From contig CP086569.2 of assembly GCA_009914755.4 (NCBI GenBank), positions 29,792,001 to 29,856,000 on the forward strand: DNA of 64,000 nucleotides, read 5' to 3'. Each line of letters opens with the position of its first letter. Positions within the stretch are counted from its first letter, which is position 1. The position numbers and the translations under genes are program-made. The notes under the pieces were generated by a model. That model made no database searches, had not been told where the DNA came from, and worked only from the letters and a program-made list of their open reading frames with translations. This stretch comes from the human T2T-CHM13v2.0 reference genome, Homo sapiens. Below, in pieces: positions 28,532-44,500 of this stretch.

Positions 28532-30935
28532 TTGAATGGAATAGAACAGAATGGAATCAAATCGAATGAAATGGAATGGAATAGAAAGGAATGGAATGAA
28601 ATGGAATGGAAAGGATTCGAATGGAATGCAATCGAATGGAATGGAATCGAACGGAATGGAATAAAATGGAAGAAAACTGGCAAGAAATGGAATCGAAAGG
28701 AATGGAGTGTTATGGAACGGACTCAAAAGGAATTGAATGTAATAGAATGGAGTGGAGTGGACTCGAATATAATGGACTGGAATGGAATGAAATCACATGG
28801 AATGGGAACGAATGGAATGGAATGGAAAGGAATGGAATCGAATGGAAAGGAATCGAATGGAAGGGAATGAAATTGAATCAACAGGAATGGAAGGGAATAG
28901 AATAGACGGTAATGGAATGGACTCGAATAGAATGGACACGAATGCTCAAATTGAATGGACTCGAATGGAATGGAAACGAAAGGAATGTCATCGAATGGAA
29001 TTGAATCGATTGGAATGAAATCGCATAGAATGGAGTGGAATCAAATGGAATTGAATCGAAAGGAAAGGAAGCAAATGGACTGAAATGAAATGGAATGGAA
29101 TTGAATGGAAAGTAATGCAATGGAATAGAATGGAACGAAATTTCACGGAATGGAATCAAACTGAATGGAATCAAATCAATGGAATCAAATCAAATGGAAT
29201 GGAAAGGAATTGAATGGAGTAGATTGGATTGGATGGGATTGGAATGAAATGTACTGGAAAGGACTCGAATTTCATGAAACGGAATGGAATGAATTGGAAC
29301 GGAATGGACTCGAATGGATTCGACTGGAATGGAATGTTCTGGAAGTGAATGGACTCCAATGGAATGGATTCAAAAGGAATGGAATCGTACGGAATGGAAT
29401 CTAATGGAATGGAATTAAATGGAAATGAATCAAATTGAATAGCACGGAATTGAATTGAATGGAATGGAATGCAATGGAATCTAATGAAACGGAAAGGAAA
29501 GGAATGGAATGGAATGGAATGGGCTGGAATGGAAAGGAATCGAAACGAATGGAATGGAATCGAACTGAAGAGACTGGAATGGAATGCACTGGAATGGAAG
29601 GGAGTGTAATGGAAGGTTCTCGAAAAAAATGGAATCGAATGGAATGGAATTGAATGGAACGGAATAGAGTCGAATGGAATTGAATGGAATGGAATGGACT
29701 AGAGTGAAATGGAATCGAACCACAAGGAATGGACAGGAATAGAATGGTCTCGAATTGAATGGAATCGTATGGAATGGCATCAAACGGAATGGAATGGACA
29801 GCCACAGAATGGAATGCACTCGAATGCAATGGAGTCGAAACTAATGGACTGGAATAGAATGGACTCGACTGGTACGGACTCCAATGGAATGGAATCGAAT
29901 GGAAGGGAATCGAACGGAATGGACTCGAAGGGAAAAGACTGCAATGGAAAGGTCTCGAATGGAATGGAAATAAATGGAATGGAATGGAATCGAATGCAAT
30001 GGAGTCAAAAGGAATGGAATCGAATGGCAAGAAATCGAATGTAATGGAATCGCAAGGAATTGATGTGAACGGAACGGAATGGAATGGAATCCAAAGGAAT
30101 GGAATAGAATGGAATGGAATCGAATGGAAAGGACTCGAATGGAAATCACTCGAATAGAATGCAATTTAATAAAATAGGATCAAATGTAATGGAATGGAAT
30201 GGAAAGGAATCGAAACGAAAGGAATGGAGACAGATGGAATGGAATGGAACAGAGAGCAATGGTATAGAATGGAATGGAATCATCTGGAATGGAATTGAAT
30301 GGAATGGAATAATATGAAATGGAATGGAATGGAATGGAATGGAATGCCCTTGAATTAAATGGACTGGACTCGAACAGAGTGGAATGGAAAGTGTTGAGAT
30401 AGAATGGAATGGACTCCTTTGGAATGGTCTAGTATGCAATGCAATCGACTGGCAGGGAATCAAAAGGAATGTAATGGAATGGATTAGACTGGAATGCAAT
30501 GGACTCGAATAGATTGGAAACGGAATGCAAAGGAATGGAATGGAATAGTATGGAATGCAATGGAAGGGAATGGAGTGGAATAGACTAGAGTGGAATGGAA
30601 TGGACTGGAAAGCAATGGACTGGAATGGAAATTTCTTGGATGGACTGTAATCAAACGGAATGGAATGCAATGCAATCAAATGGCATGGAATAAAATAGAA
30701 TGAAAGAGAATCAAATGGAATTGAATCGAATGTAATCGAATGGATTGGAAAGGAATAGAATGGAATGGAATGGAATTGACTCAAATGGAATGGACTAGAA
30801 TGGAATGGATTCGAATGGAAGGCAAAGGAATGGAATCTATTGGAATGGACTGTAATGGAATGGAATGGAAGGGATTGGAATGGACTCGAATGGAATGGAC
30901 TGCAATAGAAAGGATTCGAATGGAATGAAAAAGAA
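28532..30935 (+). repeat. HOR unit 9, internally deleted variant (2404 bp; about 1.16 kb missing)
   Basis: Landmarks at 28532 and 30936 are only 2404 bp apart. Sequence equivalent to unit-1 coordinates ~790-1945 is absent. The junction reads ggaatggactcgaatggattcgactgg at ~29301-29327. Confidence 0.85.
29308..29318 (+). other. Deletion junction with 11-bp microhomology (actcgaatgga) in unit 9
   Basis: The left flank matches ...gaattggaacggaatggactcgaatgga|atggaatgtcatgg of normal units. The right flank matches ...aatgtactcgaatgga|ttcgactggaatggaatgttctgg of normal units. The shared 11-mer sits exactly at the join. Confidence 0.75.
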
Positions 30936-33900
30936 TTGAATGGAATAGAACAGAATGGAATCAAATCGAATGAAATGGAATGGAATAGAAAGGAATGGAA
31001 TGAAATGGAATGGAAAGGATTCGAATGGAATGCAATCGAATGGAATGGAATCGAACGGAATGGAATAAAATGGAAGAAAACTGGCAAGAAATGGAATCGA
31101 AATGAATGGAGTGTTATGGAACGGAATCAAAAGGAATTGAATGTAATAGAATGGAGTGGAGTGGACTCGAATATAATGGACTGGAATGGAATGAAATCAC
31201 ATGGAATGGGAACGAATGGAATGGAATGGAAAGGAATGGAATCGAATGGAAAGGAATCGAATGGAAGGGAATGAAATTGAATCAACAGGAATGGAAGGGA
31301 ATAGAATAGACTGTAATGGAATGGACTCGGATAGAATGGACACGAATGCTCAAATTAAATGGACTCGAATGGAATGGAAACGAAAGGAATGTCATCGAAT
31401 GGAATTGAATCGATTGGAATGAAATCGCATAGAATGGAGTGGAATCAAATGGAATTGAATCGAAAGGAAAGGAAGCGAATGGACTGAAATGAAATGGAAT
31501 GGAATTGAATGGAAAGTAATTCAATGGAATAGAATGGAACGAAATTTCACGGAATGGAATCAAACTGAATGGAATCAAATCAATGGAATCAAATCAAATG
31601 GAATGGAAAGGAATTGAATGGAGTAGATTGGATTGGATGGGATTGGAATGAAATGTACTGGAAAGGACTCGAATTTCATGAAAAGGAATGGAATGAATTG
31701 GAACGGAATGGACTCGAATGGAATGGAATGTCATGGGATGGCATCAAAGGGAATGGCATCAAATGGAAGGGAATCGAATGCAATGGAATGCTATGGAATG
31801 GAATGGAAAGCATTGGAATGGAATGTCCTCTAATGGAATGGATTCGAGTGGAATGGAATTGAATATAATGGAGTCGAATGAAATGGAATTGAAAGGAATG
31901 GGATCGAATACAATGGAATATACTGGAATGTAACGTAATGAACTCGAATGTAATTGACTGGAATGGAATGTACATGAATGGAATGTAATCGAATGGAAAG
32001 TAATCCAATGGAATAGAATCTAATGCAATAAAATCGACTCAGATAGAGTAGAATGTAATGGAAAGGAGTGCAGTGCAATGGAATGGAATGGAATGGAATG
32101 CAATGGAATGGAATGGAATGGAATGGAATGGAGTGGAATGGAATGGGATGGAATGGTATGGAATGGATAGTAATGGACTGGAGTGAAATGGACTGGAAAG
32201 GAATGGACTCAAATTGAAAGGGCTCGAAAGGAATGGAGTCAAATGGAATGGTCTGGAATGGAATGAACACGAATGTAATGCAACCCAATAGAATGGAATC
32301 GAATGGCATGGAATATAAAGAAATGGAATCGAAGAGAATGGAAACAAATGGAATGGAATTGAATGGAATGGAATTGAATGGAATGGGAACGAATGGAGTG
32401 AAATTGTATGCAGTAGAAGAGAATAGAATGGAATGCAAGCGAAAGGAAAGGAATGGATTGCAATGGAATGGAATTCATTGGAATGGAAGGGAATGTAGTG
32501 TAATGGACAGGCCTGGAATAAAGTGGAATGCTACGGTCTCGAATGGAATAAAAATGTATGGAATGGAATGCAATGAAACGGAATCGAATGTCATAGAATG
32601 TAATGGAATGCAAAAAAATGGACTCCAAAATCATTGACTGGAAAGGCTGGGTGTCGAAAGGAATTGACTCCAATGGAATGGAATCGAATGGAATGGAAGT
32701 GAATAGAATCGAACTAAATCGAATGGAATGGAATTGATAGGAACGGAATGGAAAGGAATGCAATGATTTGGCATGGAATGGAATCGAATGGCATCAAATG
32801 GAATGGAATGGAATGCAATGGAATGGAATGTATTAGAATGTAATGAACATTAATGGAATGTACTCGAATGGATTCGACTGGAATGGAATGTTCTGGAAGT
32901 GAATGGACTCCAATGGAATGGATTCGAAAGGAATGGAATCGAACGGAATGGAATCTAATGGAATGGAATTAAATGGAAATGAATCAAATTGAATAGCACG
33001 GAATTGAATTGAATGGAATCGAATGCAATGGAATCTAATGAAACGGAAAGGAAAGAATGGAATGGAATGGAATGGGCTGGAATGGAAAGGAATCGAAACG
33101 AATGGAATGGAATCGAACTGAAGAGACTGGAATGGAATGCACTGGAATGGAAGGGAGTGTAATGGAAGGTTCTCGAAAAAAATGGAATCGAATGGAATGG
33201 AATTGAATGGAACGGAATATAGTCGCATGGAATTGAATGGAATGGAATGGACTAGAGTGAAATGGAATCGAACCAAAAGGAATGGAAAGGAATAGAATGG
33301 TCTCGAATTGAATGGAATCGTATGGAATGGCATCAAACGGAATGGAAAGGACAGCCACGGAATGGAATGCACTCGAATGCAATGGAGTCGAAACTAATGG
33401 ACTGGAATAGAATGGACTCGACTGGTACGGACTCCAATGGAATGGAATCGAATGGAAGGGAATCAAACGGAATGGACTCGAAGGGAAAAGACTGCAATGG
33501 AAAGGTCTCGAATGGAATGGAAATTAATGGAATGGAATGGAATCGAATGAAATGGAGTCAAAAGGAATGGAATCGAATGGCAAGAAATCGAATGTAATGG
33601 AATCGCAAGGAATTGATGTGAACGGAACGGAATGGAATGGAATCCAAAGGAATGGAATAGAATGGAATGGAATCGAATGGAAAGGACTCGAATGGAAATC
33701 ACTCGAATAGAATGCAATTTAATAAAATAGGATCAAATGTAATGGAATGGAATGGAAAGGAATCGAAACGAAAGGAATGGAGACAGATGGAATGGAATGG
33801 AACAGAGAGCAATGGTATAGAATGGAATGGAATCATCTGGAATGGAATTGAATTGAATGGAATAATATGAAATGGAATGGAATGGAATGGAATGGAATGC

Positions 33901-34498
33901 CCTTGAATTAAATGGACTGGAATGGAATGGACTCAAACAGAGTGGAATGGAAAGTGTGGAGATAGAATGGAATGAACTCCTTTGGAATGGTCTAGTAGGC
34001 AATGCAATCGACTGGCAGGGAATCAAAAGGAATGTAATCGAATGGATTGGACTGGAATGCAATGGACTCGAATAGATTGGAAACGGAATGCAAAGGAATG
34101 GAATGGAATAGTATGGAATGGAATGGAAAGGAATGGAGTGGAATAGACTAGAGTGGAATGGAATGGACTGGAAAGCAATGGACTGGAATGGAACTTTCTT
34201 GAATGGACTGGAATCAAACGGAATGGAATGCAATGCAATCAAATAGCATGGAATAACATAGAATGAAAGAGAATCAAATGGAATTGAATCGAATGGAATC
34301 GAATGGATTGGAAAGGAATAGAATGGAATGGAATGGAATTGACTCAAATGGAATGGACTAGAATGGAATGGATTCGAATGGAAGGCAAAGGAATGGAATC
34401 TATTGGAATGGACTGTAATGGAATGGAATGGAAGGGATTGGAATGGACTCGAATGGAATGGACTGCAATAGAAAGGATTCGAATGGAATGAAAAAGAA
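30936..34498 (+). repeat. HOR unit 10 (3563 bp)
   Basis: Landmarks at 30936 and 34499. Confidence 0.85.
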
Positions 34499-37400
34499 TT
34501 GAATGGAATAGAACAGAATGGAATCAAATCGAATGAAATGGAATGGAATAGAAAGGAATGGAATGAAATGGAATGGAAAGGATTCGAATGGAATGCAATC
34601 GAATGGAATGGAATCGAACGGAATGGAATAAAATGGAAGAAAACTGGCAAGAAATGGAATCGAAATGAATGGAGTGTTATGGAATGGACTCAAAAGGAAT
34701 TGAATGTAATAGAATGGAGTGGAGTGGACTCGAATATAATGGACTGGAATGGAATGAAATCACATGGAATGGGAACGAATGGAATGGAATGGAATGGAAT
34801 GGAATCGAATGGAAAGGAATCGAATGGAAGAGAATGAAATTGAATCAACAGGAATGGAAGGGAATAGAATAGACGGTAATGGAATGGACTCGAATAGAAT
34901 GGACACGAATGTTCAAATTGAATGGACTCGAATGGAATGGAAACGAAAGGAATGTCATCGAATGGAATTGAATCGATTGGAATGAAATCGCATAGAATGG
35001 AGTGGAATCAAATGGAATTGAATCGAAAATAAAGGAAGCGAATGGACTGAAATGAAATGGAATGGAATTGAATGGAAAGTAATGCAATGGAATAGAATGG
35101 AACGAAATTTCACGGAATGGAATCAAACTGAATGGAATCAAATCAATGGAATCAAATCAAATGGAATGGAAAGAATTGAATGGAGTAGATTGGATTGGAT
35201 GGGATTGGAATGAAATGTACTGGAAAGGACTCGAATTTCATGAAACGGAATGGAATGAGTTGGAACGGAATGGACTCGAATGGAATGGAATGTCATGGAA
35301 TGGCATCAAATGGAATGGCATCAAATGGAATGGAATCGAATGCAATGGAATGCTATGGAATGGAATGGAATGCATTGGAATGGAATGTCCTCTAATGGAA
35401 TGGATTCGAGTGGAATGGAATCGAATATAATGGAGTCGAATGAAATGGAATTGAAAGGAATGGGATCGAATACAATGGATGGAATGTAATGTAATGAACT
35501 CGAATGTAATTGACTGGAATGGAATGTACATGAATGGAATGTAATCGAATGGAAAGTAATCCAATGGAATAGAATGTAATGCAATAAAATCGACTCAGAT
35601 AGAGTAGAATGTAATGGAATGGAGTGCAGTGCAATGGAATGGAATGGAATGGAATGCAATGGAATGGAATGGAATGGAATGGAATGGAATGGAATGGAAT
35701 GGGATGGAATGGTTTGGAATGGATAGTAATGGACTGGAATGAAATGGACTGGAAAAGAATGGACTCAAATTGAAAGGGCTCGAAAGGAATGGAGTCAAAT
35801 GGAATGGTCTGGAATGGAATGAACACGAATGTAATGCCATCCAATAGAATGGAATCGAATGGCATGGAATATAAAGAAATGGAATCGAAGAGAATGGAAA
35901 CAAATGGAATGGAATTGAATGGAATGGAATTGAATGGAATGGGAACGAATGGAGTGAAATTGTATGCAGTAGAAGAGAATAGAATGGAATGCAAGCGAAA
36001 GGAAAGGAATGGATTGCAATGGAATGGAATTCATTGGAATGGAAGGGAATGTAGTGTAATGGACAGGCCTGGAATAAAGTGGAATGCTACGGTCTCGAAT
36101 GGAATAAAAATGTATGGAATGGAATGCAATGAAACGGAATCGAATGTCATAGAATGTAATGGAATGCAAAAAATGGAATCCAAAATCATTGAATGGAAAG
36201 GCTGGGTGTCGAAAGGAATTGACTGCAAAGGAATGGAATCGAATGGAATGGAAGTGAATAGAATCGAACTAAATCGAATGGAATGGAATTGATAGGAACG
36301 GAATGGAAAGGAATGCAACGATTTGGCATGGAATGGAATCGAATGGCATCGAATGGAATGGAATGGAATGCAATGGAATGGAATGTATTAGAATGTAATG
36401 AACATTAATGGAATGTACTCGAATGGATTCGACTGGAATGGAATGTTCTGGAAGTGAATGGACTCCAATGGAATGGATTCGAAAGGAATGGAATCGAACG
36501 GAATGGAATCTAATGGAATGGAATTAAATGGAAATGAATCAAATTGAATAGCACGGAATTGAATTGAATGGAATCGAATGCAATGGAATCTAATGAAACG
36601 GAAAGGAAAGGAATGCAATGGAATGGAATGGGCTGGAATGGAAAGGAATCGAAACGAATGGAATGGAATCGAACTGAAGAGACTGGAATGGAATGCACTG
36701 GAATGGAAGGGAGTGTAATGGAAGGTTCTCGAAAAAAATGGAATCGAATGGAATGGAATTGAATGGAACGGAATAGAGTCGCATGGAATTGAATGGAATG
36801 GAATGGACTAGAGTGAAATGGAATTGAACCAAAAGGAATGGACAGGAATAGAATGGTCTCGAATTGAATGGAATCCTATGGAATGGCATCAAACGGAATG
36901 GAATGGACAGCCACGGAATGGAATGCACTCGAATGCAATGGAGTCGAAACTAATGGACTGGAATAGAATGGATTCGACTGGTAAGGACTCCAATGGAATG
37001 GAATCGAATGGAAGGGAATCGAACGGAATGGACTCGAAGGGAAAAGACTGCAATGGAAAGGTCTCGAATGGAATGGAAATTAATGGAATGGAATGGAATC
37101 GAATGAAATGGAGTCAAAAGGAATGGAATCGAATGGCAAGAAATCGAATGTAATGGAATCGCAAGGAATTGATGTGAACGGAACGGAATGGAATGGAATC
37201 CAAAGGAATGGAATAGAATGGAATGGAATCGAATGGAAAGGACTCGAATGGAAATCACTCGAATAGAATGCAATTTAATAAAATAGGATCAAATGTAATG
37301 GAATGGAAAGGAAAGGAATCGAAACGAAAGGAATGGAGACAGATGGAATGGAATGGAACAGAGAGCAATGGTATAGAATGGAATGGAATCATCTGCAATG

Positions 37401-38044
37401 GAATTGAATGGAATGGAATAATATGAAATGGAATGGAATGGAATGGAATGGAATGCCCTTGAATTAAATGGACTGAACTCGAACAGAGTGGAATGGAAAG
37501 TGTTGAGATAGAATGGAATGGACTCCTTTGGAATGGTCTAGTAGGCAATGCAATCGACTGGCAGGGAATCAAAAGGAATGTAATCGAATGGATTGGACTG
37601 GAATGCAATGGACTCGAATAGATTGGAAACGGAATGCAAAGGAATGGAATGGAATAGTATGGAATGCAATGGAAGGGAATGGAGTGGAATAGACTAGAGT
37701 GGAATGGAATGGACTGGAAAGCAATGGACTGGAATGGAACTTTCTTGGATGGACTGGAATCAAACGGAATGGAATGCAATGCAATCAAATGGCATGGAAT
37801 AAAATAGAATGAAAGAGAATCAAATGGAATTGAATCGAATGGAATCGAATGGATTGGAAAGGAATAGAATGGAATGGAATGGAATTGACTCAAATGGAAT
37901 GGACTAGAATGGAATGGATTCGAATGGAAGGCAAAGGAATGGAATCTATTGGAATGGACTGTAATGGAATGGAATGGAAGGGATTGGAATGGACTCGAAT
38001 GGAATGGACTGCAATAGAAAGGATTCGAATGGAATGAAAAAGAA
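34499..38044 (+). repeat. HOR unit 11 (3546 bp)
   Basis: Landmark at 34499. Next landmark ttgaatggaatagaacag at 38045. Confidence 0.8.
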
Positions 38045-41000
38045 TTGAATGGAATAGAACAGAATGGAATCAAATCGAATGAAATGGAATGGAATAGAAA
38101 GTAATGGAATGAAATGGAATGGAAAGGATTCGAATGGAATGCAATCGAATGGAATGGAATCGAACGGAATGGAATAAAATGGAAGAAAACTGGCAAGAAA
38201 TGGAATCGAAATGAATGGAGTGTTATGGAACGGACTCAAAAGGAATTGAATGTAATAGAATGGAGTGGAGTGGACTCGAATATAATGGACTGGAATGGAA
38301 TGAAATCACATGGAATGGGAACGAATGGAATGGAATGGAAAGGAATGGAATCGAATGGAAAGGAATCGAATGGAAGGGAATGAAACTGAATCAACAGGAA
38401 TGGAAGGGAATAGAATAGACGGTAATGGAATGGACTCGAATAGAATGGACACGAATGCTCAAATTGAATGGACTCGAATGGAATGGAAACGAAAGGAATG
38501 TCATCGAATGGAATTGAATCGATTGGAATGAAATCGCATAGAATGGAGTGGAATCAAATGGAATTGAATCGAAAGGAAAGGAAGCGAATGGACTGAAATG
38601 AAATGGAATGGAATTGAATGGAAAGTAATGCAATGGAATAGAATGGAACGAAATTTCACGGAATGCAATCAAACTGAATGGAATCAAATCAATGGAATCT
38701 AATCAAATGGAATGGAAAGGAATTGAATGGAGTAGATTGGATTGGATGGGATTGGAATGAAATGTACTGGAAAGGACTCGAATTTCATGAAACGGAGTGG
38801 AATGAATTGGAACGGAATGGACTCGAATGGAATGGAATGTCATGGAATGGCATCAAATGGAATGGCATCAAATGGAATGGAATCGAATGCAATGGAATGC
38901 TATGGAATGGAATGGAATGCATTGGAATGGAATGTCCTCTAATGGAATGGATTCGAGTGGAATGGAATCGAATATAATGGAGTCGAATGAAATGGAATTG
39001 AAAGGAATGGGATCGAATACAATGGAATATACTGGAATGTAATGTAATGAACTCGAATGTAATTGACTGGAATGGAATGTACATGAATGGAATGTAATCG
39101 AATGGAAAGTAATCCAATGGAATAGAATCTAATGCAATAAAATCGACTCAGATAGAGTAGAATGTAATGGAATGGAGTGCAGTGCAATGGAATGGATTGG
39201 AATGGAATGCAATGGAATGGAATGGAATGGAATGGAATGGAATGGAATGGAATGGGATGGAATGGTATGGAATGGATAGTAATGGACTGGAATGAAATGG
39301 ACTGGAAAAGAATGGACTCAAATTGAAAGGGCTCGAAAGGAATGGAGTCAAATGGAATGGTCTGGAATGGAATGAACACGAATGTAATGCAACCCAATAG
39401 AATGGAATCGAATGGCATGGAATATAAAGAAATGGAATCGAAGAGAATGGAAACACATGGAATGGAATTGAATGGAATGGAATTGAATGGAATGGGAACG
39501 AATGGAGTGAAATTGTATGCAGTAGAAGAGAATAGAATGGAATGCAAGCGAAAGGAAAGGAATGGATTGCAATGGAATGGAATTCATTGGAATGGAAGGG
39601 AATGTAGTGTAATGGACAGGCCTGGAATAAAGTGGAATGCTACGGTCTCGAATGGAATAAAAATGTATGGAATGGAATGCAATGAAACGGAATCGAATGT
39701 CATAGAATGTAATGGAATGCAAAAAAATGGAATCCAAAATCATTGAATGGAAAGGCTGGGTGTCGAAAGGAATTGACTGCAATGGAATGGAATTGAATGG
39801 AATGGAAGTGAATAGAATCGAACTAAATCGAATGGAATGGAATTGATAGGAACGGAATGGAAAGGAATGCAATGATTTGGAATGGAATGGAATCGAATGG
39901 CATCGAATGGAATGGAATGGAATGCAATGGAATGGAATGTATTAGAATGTAATGAACATTAATGGAATGTACTCGAATGGATTCGACTGGAATGGAATGT
40001 TCTGGAAGTGAATGGACTCCAATGGAATGGATTCGAAAGGAATGGAATCGAACGGAATGGAATCTAATGGAATGGAATTAAATGGAAATGAATCAAATTG
40101 AATAGCACGGAATTGAATTGAATGGAATCGAATGCAATGGAATCTAATGAAACGGAAAGGAAAGGAATGCAATGGAATGGAATGGGCTGTAATGGAAAGG
40201 AATCGAAACGAATGGAATGGAATCGAACTGAAGAGACTGGAATGGAATGCACTGGAATGGAAGGGAGTGTAATGGAAGGTTCTCGAAAAAAATGGAATCG
40301 AATGGAATGGAATTGAATGGAACGGAATAGAGTCGCATGGAATTGAATGGAATGGAATGGACTAGAGTGAATTGGAATCGAACCAAAAGGAATGGACAGG
40401 AATAGAATGGTCTCGAATTGAATGGAATCGTATGGAATGGCATCAAACGGAATGGAATGGACAGCCACGGAATGGAATGCACTCGAATGCAATGGAGTCG
40501 AAACTAATGGACTGGAATAGAATGGACTCGACTTGTACGGACTCCAATGGAATGGAATCGAATGGAAGGGAATCGAACGGAATGGACTCGAAGGGAAAAG
40601 ACTGCAATGGAAAGGTATCGAATGGAATGGAAATTAATGGAATGGAATGGAATCGAAGGAAAAGGAGTCAAAAGGAATGGAATCGAATGGCAAGAAATCG
40701 AATGTAATGGAATCGCAAGGAATTGATGTGAACGGAACGGAATGGAATGGAATCCAAAGGAATGGAATAGAATGGAATGGAATCGAATGGAAAGGACTCG
40801 AATGGAAATCACTCGAATAGAATGCAATTTAATAAAATAGGACCAAATGTAATAGAATGGAATGGAAAGGAATCGAAACGGAAGGAATGGAGACAGATGG
40901 AATGGAATGGAACAGAGAGCAATGGTATAGAATGGAATGGAATCATCTGGAATGGAATTGAATGGAATGGAATAATATGAAATGGAATGGAATGGAATGG

Positions 41001-41598
41001 AATGGAATGCCCTTGAATTAAATGGACTGGACTCGAACAGAGTGGAATGGAAAGTGTTGAGATAGAATGGAATGGACTCCTTTGGAATGGTGTAGTATGC
41101 AATGCAATCGACTGGCAGGGAATCAAAAGGAATGTAATCGAATGGATTGGACTGGAATGCAATGGACTCGAATAGATTGGAAACGGAATGCAAAGGAATG
41201 GAATGGAATAGTATGGAATGCAATGGAAGGGAATGGAGTGGAATAGACTAGAGTGGAATGGAATGGACTGGAAAGCAATGGACTGGAATGGAACATTCTT
41301 GGATGGACTGGAATCAAACGGAATGGAATGCAATGCAATCAAATGGCATGGAATAAAATAGAATGAAAGAGAATCAAATGGAATTGAATCGAATGGAATC
41401 GAATGGATTGGAAATGAATAGAATGGAATGGAATGGAATTGACTCAAATGGAATGGACTAGAATGGAATGGATTCGAATGGAAGGCAAAGGAATGGAATC
41501 TATTGGAATGGACTGTAATGGAATGGAATGGAAGGGATTGGAATGGACTCGAATGGAATGGACTGCAATAGAAAGGATTCGAATGGAATGAAAAAGAA
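38045..41598 (+). repeat. HOR unit 12 (3554 bp)
   Basis: Landmarks at 38045 and 41599. Confidence 0.8.
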
Positions 41599-44500
41599 TT
41601 GAATGGAATAGAACAGAATGGAATCAAATCGAATGAAATGGAATGGAATAGAAAGTAATGGAATGAAATGGAATGGAAAGGATTCGAATGGAATGCAATC
41701 GAATGGAATGGAATCGAACGGAATGGAATAAAATGGAAGAAAACTGGCAAGAAATGGAATCGAAATGAATGGAGTGTTATGGAACGGACTCAAAAGGAAT
41801 TGAATGTAATAGAATGGAGTGGAGTGGACTCGAATATAATGGACTGGAATGGAATGAAATCACATGGAATGGGAACGAATGGAATGGAATGGAAAGGAAT
41901 GGAATCGAATGGAAAGGAATCGAATGGAAGGGAATGAAATTGAAACAACAGGAATGGAAGGGAATAGAATAGACTGTAATGGAATGGACTCGAATAGAAT
42001 GGACACGAATGCTCAAATTAAATGGACTCGAATGGAATGGAAACGAAAGGAATGTCATCGAATGGAATTGAATCGATTGGAATGAAATCGCATAGAATGG
42101 AGTGGAATCAAATGGAATTGAATCGAAAGGAAAGGAAGCAAATGGACTGAAATGAAATGGAATGGAATTGAATGGAAAGTAATGCAATGGAATAGAATGG
42201 AACGAAATTTCACGGAATGGAATCAAACTGAATGGAATCAAATCAATGGAATGAAATCAAATGGAATGGAAAGGAATTGAATGGAGTAGATGGGATTGGA
42301 TGGGATTGGAATGAAATGTACTGGAAAGGACTCGAATTTCATGAAACGGAATGGAATGAATTGGAACGGAATGGACTCGAATGGAATGGAGTGTCATGGA
42401 ATGGCATCAAATGGAATGGAATCGAATGCAATGGAATGCTATGGAATGGAATGGAATGCATTGGAATGGAATGTCCTCTAATGGAATGGATTCGAGTGGA
42501 ATGGAATTGAATATAATGGAGTCGAATGAAATGGAATTGAAAGGAATGGGATCGAATACAATGGAATATACTGGAATGTAACGTAATGAACTCGAATGTA
42601 ATTGACTGGAATGGAATGTACATGAATGGAATGTAATCGAATGGAAAGTAATCCAATGGAATAGAATCTAATGCGATAAAATCGACTCAGATAGAGTAGA
42701 ATGTAATGGAATGGAGTGCAGTGCAATGGAATGGAATGGAATGGAATGCAATGGAATGGAATGGAATGGAAGGGAATGGGATGGAATGGTATGGAATGGA
42801 TAGTAATGGACTGGAGTGAAATGGACTGGAAAGGAATGGACTCAAATTGAAAGGGCTCGAAAGGAATGGAGTGAAATGGAATGGTCTGGAATGGAATGAA
42901 CACGAATGTAATGCAATCCAATAGAATGGAATCGAATGGCATGGAATATAAAGAAATGGAATCGAAGAGAATGGAAACAAATGGAATGGAATTGAATGGA
43001 ATGGAATTGAATGGAATGGGAACGAATGGAGTGAAATTGTATGCAGTAGAAGAGAATAGAATGGAATGCAAGCGAAAGGAAAGGAATGGATTGGAATGGA
43101 ATGGAATTCATTGGAATGGAAGGGAATGTAGTGTAATGGACAGGCCTGGAATAAAGTGGAATGCTACGGTCTCGAATGGAATAAAAATGTATGGAATGGA
43201 ATGCAATGAAACGGAATCGAATGTCATAGAATGTAATGGAATGCAAAAAAATGGAATCCAAAATCATTGACTGGAAAGGCTGGGTGTCGAAAGGAATTGA
43301 CTCCAATGGAATGGAATCGAATGGAATGGAAGTGAATAGAATCGAACTAAATCGAATGGAATGGAATTGATAGGAACGGAATGGAAAGGAATGCAATGAT
43401 TTGGCATGGAATGGAATCGAATGGCATCGAATGGAATGGAATGGAATGCAATGGAATGGAATGTATTAGAATGTAATGAACTTTAATGGAATGTACTCGA
43501 ATGGATTCGACTGGAATGGAATGTTCTGGAAGTGAATGGACTCCAATGGAATGGATTCAAAAGGAATGGAATCGTACGGAATGGAATCTAATGGAATGGA
43601 ATTAAATGGAAATGAATCAAATTGAATAGCACGGAATTGAATTGAATGGAATGGAATGCAATGGAATCTAATGAAACGGAAAGGAAAGGAATGGAATGGA
43701 ATGGAATGGGCTGGAATGGAAACGAATCGAAACGAATGGAATGGAATCGAAGTGAAGAGACTGGAATGGAATGCACTGGAATGGAAGGGAGTGTAATGGA
43801 AGGTTCTCGAAAAAAATGGAATCGAATGGAATGGAATTGAATGGAACGGAATAGAGTCGAATGGAATTGAATGGAATGGAATGGACTAGAGTGAAATGGA
43901 ATCGAACCACAAGGAATGGACAGGAATAGAATGGTCTCGAATTGAATGGAATCGTATGGAATGGCATCAAACGGAATGGAATGGACAGCCACGGAATGGA
44001 ATGCACTCGAATGCAATGGAGTCGAAACTAATGGACTGGAATAGAATGGACTCGACTGGTACGGACTCCAATGGAATGGAATCGAATGGAAGGGAATCGA
44101 ACGGAATGGACTCGAAGGGAAAAGACTGCAATGGAAAGGTCTCGAATGGAATGGAAATTAATGGAATGGAATGGAATCGAATGAAATGGAGTCAAAAGGA
44201 ATGGAATCGAATGGCAAGAAATCGAATGTAATGGAATCGCAAGGAATTGATGTGAACGGAACGGAATGAAATGGAATCCAAAGGAATGGAATAGAATGGA
44301 ATGGAATCGAATGGAAAGGACTCGAATGGAAATCACTCGAATAGAATGCAATTTAATAAAATAGGATCAAATGTAATGGAATGGAATGGAAAGGAACCGA
44401 AACGAAAGGAATGGAGACAGATGGAATGGAATGGAACAGAGAGCAATGGTATAGAATGGAATGGAATCATCTGGAATGGAATTGAATGGAATGGAATAAT

